A stretch of DNA of 64,000 bases from Candidatus Pampinifervens sinense (GTDB lineage: Bacteria > Aquificota > Aquificia > Aquificales > Aquificaceae): positions 1-64,000 of the forward strand of contig JAXSPP010000003.1 of assembly GCA_037927135.1 (NCBI GenBank). Reading direction: 5' to 3'. Below the pieces are notes generated by a model. It was given only the letters and a program-made list of their open reading frames with translations, searched no databases and had not been told where the DNA came from. The position numbers were made by a program, and so were the translations under genes. Below, piece by piece: positions 40,408 through 49,646 of this stretch. Within the stretch, counting starts at the first letter, position 1. Each line of letters begins with the position of its first letter.

Positions 40408-40854
40408 ATGCTTACAATAGCCTTGGGGTCGGATCATGCGGGCTACTCCCTAAAGGAGAAGATAAAAGAGTTTTTGCTTTCAAAGGGTTATAGGGTGCTT
40501 GACTTTGGCACTCAATCTACAGAATCTACAGACTATCCACTTTTTGCAAAGGAGGTGTGTCTCTCCATCCAAAGGGGGGAGGCCCAAAGGGGCATCCTCA
40601 TATGCGGTACTGGTATAGGCATGGCTATAACGGCCAACAAGTTCAAAGGCATTAGGGCAGCCTTATGTCTAAACGAGTATATGGCAAGGATGAGTAGGAA
40701 GCATAACGATGCCAATGTGTTATGTCTAGGAGATAGGGTCATAGGGGATGACCTGGCCCTCTCCATAGTAGAAGCTTGGCTTTCCACCGACTTTGAAGGT
40801 GGAAGGCACGAAAGAAGGATAAGGCTTATAAAGGAGATAGAGGATATGCTATAA
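40408..40854 (+). CDS. rpiB: Ribose-5-phosphate isomerase B
   Basis: GSDHAG, CGTGIG, HNDANVL, FEGGRH. Confidence 0.95.
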   Translation: MLTIALGSDHAGYSLKEKIKEFLLSKGYRVLDFGTQSTESTDYPLFAKEVCLSIQRGEAQRGILICGTGIGMAITANKFKGIRAALCLNEYMARMSRKHNDANVLCLGDRVIGDDLALSIVEAWLSTDFEGGRHERRIRLIKEIEDML

Positions 40855-40873
40855 TACTCATAGGAGGCTGATT

Positions 40874-41314
40874 ATGGATATACAGCAGGCCATGTATCCA
40901 AACTTCACCCTCTTTATTCAAATGGTGCTTTTCCTTGTTTTTGTAGCCTTGATAAGATTTCTTCTGGTGAGGCCCTATTCACAGGTTATAGAGGAGAGGG
41001 AAAGGAGGATCCAAAGTAATCTGGAGGAGGCCACTAGGCTGAAGGAGGAGGCAAAAAGGTACTTGGAAGAGGCCAAGGCCATTCTAGAAAAGGGAAGGGT
41101 TGAGTCAAACCAACTTTTAGATAGTGCCAGAAGGGAGGCAGAGAGGTTTAGGGCGGAGCTTATAGCCAAAGTGGAGCAAGAGGTTCAAAGGGAAATAGGT
41201 AGGGCTGTGGAAGAGATAAAAAAGAGCCTAGAGGAGGAGAAGAGGAAGCTGGAAGAAAGGATAGGTGAGGTGGTGGATCTCATTTCAAAGAAGGTTTTGG
41301 AGGAGGCGGCATGA
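40874..41314 (+). CDS. atpF2: F0 ATP synthase subunit b'
   Basis: N-terminal TM (PNFTLFIQMVLFL) and coiled coil; precedes b and delta. Confidence 0.85.
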   Translation: MDIQQAMYPNFTLFIQMVLFLVFVALIRFLLVRPYSQVIEERERRIQSNLEEATRLKEEAKRYLEEAKAILEKGRVESNQLLDSARREAERFRAELIAKVEQEVQREIGRAVEEIKKSLEEEKRKLEERIGEVVDLISKKVLEEAA

Positions 41315-41805
41315 GCGAAGGACACCACACCATTGAACTCCTTTGGAAAGGCTTCAACATTCTACTCTTCCTTGGAATAGTCTATTACTTTGGAAGAAGG
41401 CCTATAGGCGAGGCTTTTAGTAAGTATTTTGTCGGTCTTACAGAAAGGCTCCTCTCTTCTGAGAAGGAACTAAAGGAGGCTCAAGAGGAGCTTCAAAGGG
41501 CAAAGGAAAGCTTACAGGATGCCAAAAGGAGGTATGAGGAACAGTTGAAGCTGGCCCAAGAGACAGCCAAGGCTATAAAGGAGGAAGAGGAGAGAAAGGC
41601 TTATGAGGTGGCAGGAAGGATAAGGGAGAAGGCTAAGGAGGTTATTGAGATAGAGCTAAAGAAGGCAAAGGAGGAGCTTGTACGCTATGGTGCAGAAAAG
41701 GCTTATACTTTGGCTGTGAATGTGCTGAAGGAAAGGTTTAAAGATGAGGAGGTTCAAAAGGCCTACATTGAAAAGTCCCTTAAAAGGTTGGAGGCTCAAA
41801 GATGA
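41311..41805 (+). CDS. atpF: F0 ATP synthase subunit b
   Basis: WKGFNILLFLGIVYYF TM and coiled coil. Confidence 0.87.
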   Translation: MSEGHHTIELLWKGFNILLFLGIVYYFGRRPIGEAFSKYFVGLTERLLSSEKELKEAQEELQRAKESLQDAKRRYEEQLKLAQETAKAIKEEEERKAYEVAGRIREKAKEVIEIELKKAKEELVRYGAEKAYTLAVNVLKERFKDEEVQKAYIEKSLKRLEAQR

Positions 41806-42338
41806 AGGCTAAGCCTGAGTTGGTAAGAAAGATAGCAAAAGCCCTACTAGAGAGGTCTGGGAAGGAAAGGGAAGAGCTTTTAAAGATCTCCCATCTTCTT
41901 GAGCTTATACATAAGCTTTACAAGTCTGAAAGGGACTTTAGGGGCTTTGTTTTGAACCCAAACATACCAAAGGAAAAAAAGCTTGAATTTATAAGGGAGC
42001 TCAGAAGAAGGTTTGGTGTAGGGGATAAGGTGGATGAGGTCTTTGACTACATGCTTGAGATAAACGCCATACCATTTGTAGGTGAGGTCAAAAGGGTCTA
42101 TGACCACGAGGTGGAAAAGCTTCTAAGACTCAGTAAGGCACTTTTGGTGCTTGCAAGGAAGGTGGATGAGGTGCATCTGGAGAGGATAAAGAAGGTTATA
42201 AAGGACTTTACTGGAAGGGACTATGATTTTGAAATAATGGAAGATCCAGAGCTTATAGGTGGCTTTGTCTTAAAGACATCAAGCTTTGTGTTGGATGCTT
42301 CTGTAAAGAGAAGCCTTGAGGCGATTCTAAGGAGCTGA
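41802..42338 (+). CDS. atpH: F1 ATP synthase subunit delta
   Basis: LNPNIPKEKK; DPELIGGFV...LDASVK. Confidence 0.88.
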   Translation: MKAKPELVRKIAKALLERSGKEREELLKISHLLELIHKLYKSERDFRGFVLNPNIPKEKKLEFIRELRRRFGVGDKVDEVFDYMLEINAIPFVGEVKRVYDHEVEKLLRLSKALLVLARKVDEVHLERIKKVIKDFTGRDYDFEIMEDPELIGGFVLKTSSFVLDASVKRSLEAILRS

Positions 42339-42368
42339 TGTATAGCTCCTTTTGGAGGAGGTAAAAAG

Positions 42369-42791
42369 ATGGAGAGGACCCTTGTTATCATTAAGCCCGA
42401 TGCCTTTGAAAAGGGTGCCACAGGCAAGATAATTGACAGGTTTATATCTGAAGGCTTCAAGATAAGAGCCTTGAAGCTCTTTAGGTTCACAAGGGAGCAG
42501 GCGGAGGGCTTTTATGCCGTTCATAGAGAGAGGCCCTTCTTTGGAGAGCTTGTAGAGTTTATGACATCGGGTCCTGTGGTTGCCATGGTGCTAGAAGGTG
42601 AGGATGCCATAAGGAGGGTAAGGGAGATAATAGGTCCAACGGATAGCAACGAGGCAAGGAAGGTGGCACCAAACTCCATAAGAGCCCTCTTTGGCACAGA
42701 CAAGGGCAAAAACGCCATCCACGCTTCCGATTCAAAAGAATCCGCAGACTACGAGATATCCTTTATCTTTTCACAGCTTGAGATAGTCTGA
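42369..42791 (+). CDS. ndk: Nucleoside diphosphate kinase
   Basis: IKPDA, MTSGPVV, NAIHASDS. Confidence 0.97.
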   Translation: MERTLVIIKPDAFEKGATGKIIDRFISEGFKIRALKLFRFTREQAEGFYAVHRERPFFGELVEFMTSGPVVAMVLEGEDAIRRVREIIGPTDSNEARKVAPNSIRALFGTDKGKNAIHASDSKESADYEISFIFSQLEIV

Positions 42792-43768
42792 AGGACAAGC
42801 TCTTTTAGGGCTTGTATATACAGAGGATGTGTTTGCAAGGTTGGTATCCTTATAAGCTCCACACCCCTTTCCCTTGCCATCCTTCCATAGAGGTAGTCAA
42901 GCTCATAGAGGGTTTCTGAGTGCTCGCAGGTAAAAGAAACTGGCACAAGGGCTATTTTCTTTACTCCAGACTCTATTAGCTTTTTCAAAAGGTCCTGTGT
43001 AAAGGGCTCAAGCCATTTGGTGGGCCCCACCTTACTTTGATAGCCTAAGGCATAGTCCACGCCTGGAAAGTGTTCCATTATGAGCCTTACAGTTTCTTCC
43101 GTTTGCCTTTGATATGGATCTCCTTCCCTTATGATGCTTATGGGAAGGCTGTGGGCCGTAAAGAGAAAGAAGAACTCTTGCCAATTGGGAAGGTTCTCCT
43201 TTATGTTTTCCACCATGGCCCTAATATAGGTAGGATGGTTATAATAGCAGTTTATCCTGTGCACTGGAATGTTTGAGGGATAAAAGTAAGGCCTCTCTTG
43301 CCCCTTTAGGGTGGTAAGGTTGAAGCTTTTCCCCCTTCCCACCATCCTTCTGAAGATCCTGTCAAACTCGTTAAAAGAGGATCCTGTAGTAGTTCTACTG
43401 TACTGTGGATAGAGGGGAAGGAGAACTATCCTCTCTATGGGATACATTAAGAGCTCCTTGAGTGCTTCTTCTGTGAGCGGATGCCAATACCTTAGGGCCA
43501 CAACCACCTTATAGCCTTCTCCTAAAGCCTTTTGTAAGGCCTGAGCCTGTGCCTGTGTTTGCTCCCTTTGCGGAGACTTTCCACCCATAACCTCATAATA
43601 GTGTCTTGTCTTCTTTGCTCTAAGGAAGGATATGAGGTAAGCTATGGGCTTTTGAATAGGCCTTGGTATCCTTATAATGTCGTGGTCGGAAAAGAGGTTG
43701 TACAAAAAGGGCCTCACAGCGGAGAGGCTATCGGGACCACCCATATTAAAGAGGACCACACCTATCAT
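42749..43768 (-). CDS. hemH: Ferrochelatase
   Basis: NMGGP, LPLYPQYSRTTTGS, TAHSLP, QSKVG..WLEP, EHSETLYELD. Confidence 0.95.
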   Translation of the reverse strand: MIGVVLFNMGGPDSLSAVRPFLYNLFSDHDIIRIPRPIQKPIAYLISFLRAKKTRHYYEVMGGKSPQREQTQAQAQALQKALGEGYKVVVALRYWHPLTEEALKELLMYPIERIVLLPLYPQYSRTTTGSSFNEFDRIFRRMVGRGKSFNLTTLKGQERPYFYPSNIPVHRINCYYNHPTYIRAMVENIKENLPNWQEFFFLFTAHSLPISIIREGDPYQRQTEETVRLIMEHFPGVDYALGYQSKVGPTKWLEPFTQDLLKKLIESGVKKIALVPVSFTCEHSETLYELDYLYGRMARERGVELIRIPTLQTHPLYIQALKELVLQTISSCEKIKDIS

Positions 43769-43775
43769 GGAAAGA

Positions 43776-44501
43776 TTATAAAAGCTCTCTGAGGTCTATC
43801 TTTCCTTCGTATATGGCCTTTCCAACCACCACACCTTCAACAACATCCACAAGCCTGTATATGTCCTCCAAGCTTGCCACACCACCAGAGGCAAGCACTG
43901 GCTTATTTACAAATCTTTTAAACTCCCTATAGGGCTCCGCATCCACACCCTCCAGCGTTCCATCCCTTTCTATATTGGTATAAAGGTAGCCCCATATGGG
44001 CTTTTGGTCGTATTTTAGTGCAAGGTCTTCTGGCCTCAGAGCACTTTCCTCCCTCCATCCACCCACAGCCACCTTTCCACCCTTTGAATCCACCGCAAGT
44101 ATAACCCTCTCCGGAAACTCACAGAGGATCTCTTCAAAAGCTCCAGGATCCTTCACAGCCAACGTGCCTATCACAAAAAGGTCCACACCTTCCTCCCTTA
44201 ACATCCTACAGCTTTTTAGGCTCCTTATACCACCACCCACTTCAACGATGCCAGAAAAAGCTTTCCTTATGGATCTTATGGCTTTGAGGTTTACCGGAAG
44301 GCCCTCAAGACTCCCATCTAGATCTACCACGTGTATCCTTCTAAAACCCAAATCTTCAAAAAACTTTGCCATATCTTCTGGAGAGGTGGAATAAACCTTT
44401 GTCTTGGCAAAATCACCTTTAAAAAGTCTCACCACCTTTCCCTCTTTTAGGTCAATGGCTGGGATCAAAAAAGCCTTTAAACTCTCCTTTCCTGGCCTCA
44501 A
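43776..44501 (-). CDS. hisA: ProFAR isomerase
   Basis: IPAIDL..GKVVRL, HVVDLDG, VGGGIR, ASGGV; start codon uncertain (TTG). Confidence 0.93.
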   Translation of the reverse strand: MRPGKESLKAFLIPAIDLKEGKVVRLFKGDFAKTKVYSTSPEDMAKFFEDLGFRRIHVVDLDGSLEGLPVNLKAIRSIRKAFSGIVEVGGGIRSLKSCRMLREEGVDLFVIGTLAVKDPGAFEEILCEFPERVILAVDSKGGKVAVGGWREESALRPEDLALKYDQKPIWGYLYTNIERDGTLEGVDAEPYREFKRFVNKPVLASGGVASLEDIYRLVDVVEGVVVGKAIYEGKIDLRELL

Positions 44502-44518
44502 GGTTTAGAATATTATAA

Positions 44519-45055
44519 ATGAAGGAGATAAGGTCTACCACCATTCTGGCGGTCAGAAGGGATAACATAACCGTTATGGGCGGGGATGGTCAGGTTACCC
44601 TTGGCTCCTCCGTTATAAAGCACAGGGCCAAAAAGATAAGGAAGCTTTACAAAGATACCGTTTTGGTAGGCTTTGCAGGCTCTGCAGCCGATGGACTTGC
44701 CCTTATGGAAAGGCTTGAGGCAAAGCTGGAGGAGTTCAGAGGAAATCTTCTGAGGGCATGTGTGGAGCTTGCAAAGGACTGGAGGATGGACAGAAGCCTA
44801 AGAAGGCTAGAGGCTCTACTTTTGGTAGCGGATAGGGAACACATGTATCTACTTTCTGGAAACGGTGATGTGATAGAGCCAGATGAGCCCGTGCTTGCCA
44901 TAGGTTCTGGTGGGGACTATGCTAGGGCAAGCGCCTTAGCCCTCTACCGAAACACCAATATGTCCGCAGAGGAGATAGTGAAAGAATCTCTAAGGATAGC
45001 GGGGGAGATATGCATATACACCAACCAAAACTTTATCATTGAAAAGCTGGAGTAA
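44519..45055 (+). CDS. hslV: ATP-dependent protease subunit HslV
   Basis: STTILAVRR, GDGQVT, GFAGSAADG, AIGSGG, ICIYTN. Confidence 0.96.
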   Translation: MKEIRSTTILAVRRDNITVMGGDGQVTLGSSVIKHRAKKIRKLYKDTVLVGFAGSAADGLALMERLEAKLEEFRGNLLRACVELAKDWRMDRSLRRLEALLLVADREHMYLLSGNGDVIEPDEPVLAIGSGGDYARASALALYRNTNMSAEEIVKESLRIAGEICIYTNQNFIIEKLE

Positions 45056-45065
45056 AATTTTATCC

Positions 45066-46493
45066 ATGTTTAAAAAGGTTCTGATAGCCAACAGAGGAGA
45101 GGTGGCCCTAAGGATAATAAGGGCCTGTGAAGAGCTTGGAATAAGAACGGCAGCCATATACTCTGAAGCGGATACAAAATCCTTGTATGTGAAAAAGGCA
45201 GATGAAGCCTATTTGATCCCTGGTGACCCTATCAGAGCTTACCTTGATTATGTGAGGATAGTGGACCTTGCCAAATCTATAGGTGCCGATGCTATACATC
45301 CAGGCTATGGCTTTTTGGCTGAGAATGCAGACTTTGCAAGATACTGTGAAAAGAGGGGAATAACCTTTATAGGACCATCACCGGAGCATATAGAGCTCTT
45401 TGGAGATAAGGTAAAGGCGAAGAAAGCTATGGAGAAGCTTGGCATACCCACCATACCCGGCTCTCCAGAGCCTCTTAGAAACTATGAGGACGCCCTGCAC
45501 TACGCAAGGGAGATAGGCCTGCCTGTAATACTCAAGGCTGCGTACGGTGGTGGGGGAAGGGGTATGAGGGTTATAAGGAGTCTTGAGGAGCTTCCAAGGC
45601 TTTTTGAGTCGGCATACAGGGAAGCGGAAACCTTCTTTGGAAAGGGAGATCTGTTTCTAGAGAAATACCTTGACAATCCAAAGCACATAGAAGTTCAAAT
45701 CATAGGCGACAAGTACGGCAATGTGGTCCATCTTGGTGAAAGGGACTGTTCTGTCCAAAGGAAGCATCAAAAGATCATAGAAGTCACACCCTGCCCAGTT
45801 CTTCCAAAGGACCTAAGGCAGAAGATGCTTGGATTGAGCGTTAAGGCCATGATGCAAGTGGGCTACTATAGTGCAGGCACCCTTGAGTTTTTGGTGGACC
45901 TCAAAAATAAAGAGTTTTACTTTATAGAGATGAACACGCGCCTTCAGGTGGAGCACACCATAACGGAGATGGTTACAGGTATAGACATTGTGGAAACTAT
46001 GATAAGGGTAGCCATGGGCGAACCTCTACCCTTTACCCAAAGCGATATAACCTTTAGGGGCTATGCCATAGAGTTTAGAATAAACGCAGAAGATCCAAAA
46101 AGGAACTTTGCTCCTGCACCAGGGAAAATAACGGCCTACTACTCGCCCGGTGGGCCTGGTGTAAGGATGGATGCGGGCGTGTATAAGGACTACGTTATAC
46201 CACCCTATTATGATTCTATGATAGCAAAGCTTAGCGTTTGGGCCCTAACATGGGACAGGGTTTTGGCTAGGGCAAGAAGGGCCATAGACGAGTTTATAAT
46301 AAGGGGAGTCCCTACCAATATACCCCTTCACAGGGAAATAATAAGGGATCCAGACTTTATCTCTGGCTACTTTGGCATAAGGTTCCTTGAGGAGAAGCTA
46401 CCTACCTATGACTTTGAGATTGAGGGAGAGAGGGATCCAGAAACCCTTGCCCTAGCCCTTTCAGCGGCCATAGCAGCCTATTACGGACTGTAA
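45066..46493 (+). CDS. pycA: Biotin carboxylase subunit, probably pyruvate carboxylase subunit A
   Basis: IANRGE, HPGYGFLAEN, GGGGRG, ERDCS, EMNTRLQVEH; C-terminal AAIAAYYGL tail typical of two-subunit PC/OGC. Confidence 0.72.
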   Translation: MFKKVLIANRGEVALRIIRACEELGIRTAAIYSEADTKSLYVKKADEAYLIPGDPIRAYLDYVRIVDLAKSIGADAIHPGYGFLAENADFARYCEKRGITFIGPSPEHIELFGDKVKAKKAMEKLGIPTIPGSPEPLRNYEDALHYAREIGLPVILKAAYGGGGRGMRVIRSLEELPRLFESAYREAETFFGKGDLFLEKYLDNPKHIEVQIIGDKYGNVVHLGERDCSVQRKHQKIIEVTPCPVLPKDLRQKMLGLSVKAMMQVGYYSAGTLEFLVDLKNKEFYFIEMNTRLQVEHTITEMVTGIDIVETMIRVAMGEPLPFTQSDITFRGYAIEFRINAEDPKRNFAPAPGKITAYYSPGGPGVRMDAGVYKDYVIPPYYDSMIAKLSVWALTWDRVLARARRAIDEFIIRGVPTNIPLHREIIRDPDFISGYFGIRFLEEKLPTYDFEIEGERDPETLALALSAAIAAYYGL

Positions 46494-47227
46494 TCTATGC
46501 TCACCCCCTTGCTTTCAAATCCAAGGGGATTTATAACCTTTACAGTGAACGTGGTCCTATCCTTAGGCAAAGGAAGTTCAAAGGAATAGCCCACCGTCCT
46601 TCCCACCTCTTTTCCCTTCTCATACACCACAAACTCCCTGTATTCATCCCTATAGAACCAAACAAGGTAAAGCTTACCTTCCCCCACTCTAACTTCAAGA
46701 TCCTCCACATCCTTCACCAAGGGTGGTAGTTTGGGCTTTACGCAAAGTTTTACTGGATCACTCTCCAAAGGACCCTTTACCCCAGTAATGGCAAAACACC
46801 TCTCCCAGTAATCCCTCTCAATATGGACCCTATCCCTAAAATCTTTGGCCTCTTCCAAGTCTATGTTCTCCTCTTTTACAGGATATATCCTGTAAGAATC
46901 AAAGCCAAAGGCTCTTAACTCTATACCATCCTTATCTTCCTTTACACTCAAAGATGGCCTTTCTTCCAGCCTACCTTCTACGCAAAACTTACGAGACTTG
47001 CCACCCACCCTTTCCACAGAAAAGCAAAAGGCCTCCCTATTCTCCTTAACCCAGTAGCTTCCCCTCCTTTCAAACTCCCTTACCCTTACCTCTCCAGAAA
47101 GGCTTTTAACATATACCCTATCACCTATCCTCCTTATCCATACCTCAGGCTCTTTCAATACTTCCGGATTGGCCTTTATACCACAGCCTGCGGAAAAAAG
47201 GGTGATAAGGAGAAGGCCTTTTTTCAT
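46481..47227 (-). CDS. Putative lipoprotein with beta-sandwich (FN3-like) repeats
   Basis: FSAGCGIKANP lipobox; YLVW, VKVINPLGFES. Confidence 0.7.
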   Translation of the reverse strand: MKKGLLLITLFSAGCGIKANPEVLKEPEVWIRRIGDRVYVKSLSGEVRVREFERRGSYWVKENREAFCFSVERVGGKSRKFCVEGRLEERPSLSVKEDKDGIELRAFGFDSYRIYPVKEENIDLEEAKDFRDRVHIERDYWERCFAITGVKGPLESDPVKLCVKPKLPPLVKDVEDLEVRVGEGKLYLVWFYRDEYREFVVYEKGKEVGRTVGYSFELPLPKDRTTFTVKVINPLGFESKGVSIDYSP

Positions 47228-47541
47228 CTTGGTGGGCCAGATTCCTTTTCATAAGGCCACACCAGTATACCACCAGCCAGGTTATAAGCTTCATAGCCCA
47301 TATGCCTGAGGAAGTAGGTGGCAAAGGCACTTCTCTCTCCACTCCTACAGTAGACTATATAAACCTTATCCTTAGGCAAGTCTTTGTAAGCATACCTTAG
47401 CTCATCAAGCGGTATAAGTATGGAGTTTGGTATTCTAAGCTGTACATGCTCTTGAGGTGTTCTCACATCCAAAAGGACCACATTCTCCTTCTGTAACATC
47501 TCCTTAGCTTCCTGTGGGCTTATTTCTGGCACCTGAAACAT
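47224..47541 (-). CDS. Single-domain rhodanese
   Basis: LDVRT, VYCRSGERS, NLAGGILVW. Confidence 0.92.
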   Translation of the reverse strand: MFQVPEISPQEAKEMLQKENVVLLDVRTPQEHVQLRIPNSILIPLDELRYAYKDLPKDKVYIVYCRSGERSAFATYFLRHMGYEAYNLAGGILVWPYEKESGPPR

Positions 47542-47559
47542 GCTTACCTCCTTTGGTAT

Positions 47560-48768
47560 TTAATTATATTCTAAAACTCTAAATGGATCTCTGCCCGCTA
47601 AGTTAAACAACCTTGCCCAAAAAAGCAGTAGTTTATACTTTGCTTCCATCACCTGCCTTTCGGCTTCACTCTTTTCCGCCATAGCATATCCAAGATCAAA
47701 GGCCAATTCCAGCTCATACTCAGACCTTTTAAGCATCAGATTTTCCTCAGCAAACCTGTCTTTAGTTATAGCCTCCGTCCATTTGGCCTTCAGATACTCC
47801 CACTCGTAAGGTGCAGAGAAGAATATCAGACCTATACTTTGCTCCAAAGCCTCCTTCTCTTTTTGAACCATACCTTTCAACGCAACAAGATACTCAACCT
47901 TATAGGGCCTTCCCCAGTCGTAAATAGGCGTATATACCTCCAACCCACTCTTATCGGTGGATATTTTTAAATTTACCTTGGGTGCTATGGTTTGTTTTGC
48001 GGATTTTATCTCCTCTTCATAGCTAGCTATCTCTAAATTTTTAAGCCTTATGCTTGTATTGCCCTTTAAGGCTTCAGCCTTTAGCTTTGAAAAGTCTTCT
48101 AGAAGTTTTTCCGGTTCTTCAAAAGGTAGATCTTTTAGCTCCACAAAGGTTTCGTAAGGTATGCCGGCTAGCTGTTTTATCTGAAGAAGTACTTGGTTAT
48201 ACATATGCTGTGCATAAAAAAGCTCAGCCCTCTTCTCCCTGTATACACTCTCCAACCTTAATACCTCGTGATCTGTAGAAAGTCCTAAAGCCTTCTTCTC
48301 TCTGGCTCTGTCAAAGCGCACATAAGCTATGGCCATCTCCTCCCTCTTTACCTCCGCAAGCTTCTTGTAAAGATGGGCTTCTGTAAACAGCTGCAAAATC
48401 TTAAGCTGTATATCTCTGTATAACTGTTCTAACATCAGATTAGCTATGTCCCTTTTTATCTTTGCCACTTCAATCCTAGCTTTAGTCTTTTGAAATTCAT
48501 AGATAGTGCTTACTACAGAAAGGTTGAAGTCAGTTCTAGCTTTTCTATCGTATAGATCATACAATAAAGATCCTCCAACATAAACAGTTGGTAGATAAAA
48601 CTTCCTTGCCAACTCATAATCTATGTTTAACGATCTTATCTGCTCTAGCAGTCTTTGTATATCTCTATTATTTTTCAATGCAAGTTCATAAACTTTCCTA
48701 TAGTCAAGGGTTAAAACCTCTTGCGCAAAAGAGAAGTTTAAAAGAAGGTATAGAACGAAAAATATCAT
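47560..48768 (-). CDS. TolC-family outer-membrane channel
   Basis: Signal peptide; ALKNN...YLPTV duplicated OEP-like repeats. Confidence 0.75.
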   Translation of the reverse strand: MIFFVLYLLLNFSFAQEVLTLDYRKVYELALKNNRDIQRLLEQIRSLNIDYELARKFYLPTVYVGGSLLYDLYDRKARTDFNLSVVSTIYEFQKTKARIEVAKIKRDIANLMLEQLYRDIQLKILQLFTEAHLYKKLAEVKREEMAIAYVRFDRAREKKALGLSTDHEVLRLESVYREKRAELFYAQHMYNQVLLQIKQLAGIPYETFVELKDLPFEEPEKLLEDFSKLKAEALKGNTSIRLKNLEIASYEEEIKSAKQTIAPKVNLKISTDKSGLEVYTPIYDWGRPYKVEYLVALKGMVQKEKEALEQSIGLIFFSAPYEWEYLKAKWTEAITKDRFAEENLMLKRSEYELELAFDLGYAMAEKSEAERQVMEAKYKLLLFWARLFNLAGRDPFRVLEYN

Positions 48769-49259
48769 CTTCCTTTGTTTTCTTTAAGGAACTGGATGAG
48801 GTTTTTGTTCTTGTAATGCCCCTCAACCACATACCTACCTATTAAGATAAACTCCTTAGGTTCTATGTAACCTGGCACCTTCAATACCACCTTCCCTTCC
48901 TTATCAAAGAACATAAAGACAGGAGTCAACCTTATACCATGCTTTAAGGCAAACTGTCGTTCTGTTAGCTTTTTTCCATCAAGATCTATCACTTCATTAG
49001 AACCTCTTATATCTATTTCAATCATGTAAAAATGCTTTGTATAGTATTCTTGAACAGCTCTATCTTGGAAGGTTATCCTTCTCATCTTATCGCAGAAAGG
49101 GCAACCTTCTTGATGGAACATTATGAAAAGAAACTTATTATTCCTTCTTGCCTCCTCTAAATCTTCTTTAAGGTTTAAAAAGGAAGGTTTAAGAAAGGGT
49201 ATAACTTCTGCGCAGAGGGCAAATACAGGTAGTAGAAGTATCAGTATAAAAGGCTTCAT
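48765..49259 (-). CDS. Exported thioredoxin-fold protein, SoxW family
   Basis: Signal peptide; GCPFCDKM, TPVFMFFD, VPGY. Confidence 0.82.
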   Translation of the reverse strand: MKPFILILLLPVFALCAEVIPFLKPSFLNLKEDLEEARRNNKFLFIMFHQEGCPFCDKMRRITFQDRAVQEYYTKHFYMIEIDIRGSNEVIDLDGKKLTERQFALKHGIRLTPVFMFFDKEGKVVLKVPGYIEPKEFILIGRYVVEGHYKNKNLIQFLKENKGR

Positions 49260-49645
49260 CACATTACCTCCTTAATTCTGTCTTCCCTCTCCAATATATC
49301 AATGATCCTTACACCAAATTTATCTTCTATTATAACTATCTCTCCTTTGGCCACAAGCTTTCCGTTCACCTTTATATCAACAGGAGTTTCTACATTTTGA
49401 TCTAGCTCAACGATTGATCCAGAATCCAATTGTAGCAGTTCTCCTAGGGTGAGGACCGTGGATCCAATTACCACTTCTACATGCAGTGGTATGTCTAAAA
49501 ACCTCTTTAGCTTGTCCGGCAGTTCTTCTTGTTTTTCCTCCTTCTTTGTCTCTTGCCTTTGCTCCTCTTTTTTGGATGCTTCCTCCTGCTCTTTTAAAGC
49601 AGAAGCCCACATCTCCATAATATCCTCTTGCTTTTGTTCCTCCAT
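49259..49645 (-). CDS. fliN: Flagellar motor switch protein FliN
   Basis: LDIPLHVEVVIG, VNGKLVAKGEIVII...FGVRI. Confidence 0.93.
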   Translation of the reverse strand: MEEQKQEDIMEMWASALKEQEEASKKEEQRQETKKEEKQEELPDKLKRFLDIPLHVEVVIGSTVLTLGELLQLDSGSIVELDQNVETPVDIKVNGKLVAKGEIVIIEDKFGVRIIDILEREDRIKEVM

Positions 49646-49646
49646 C

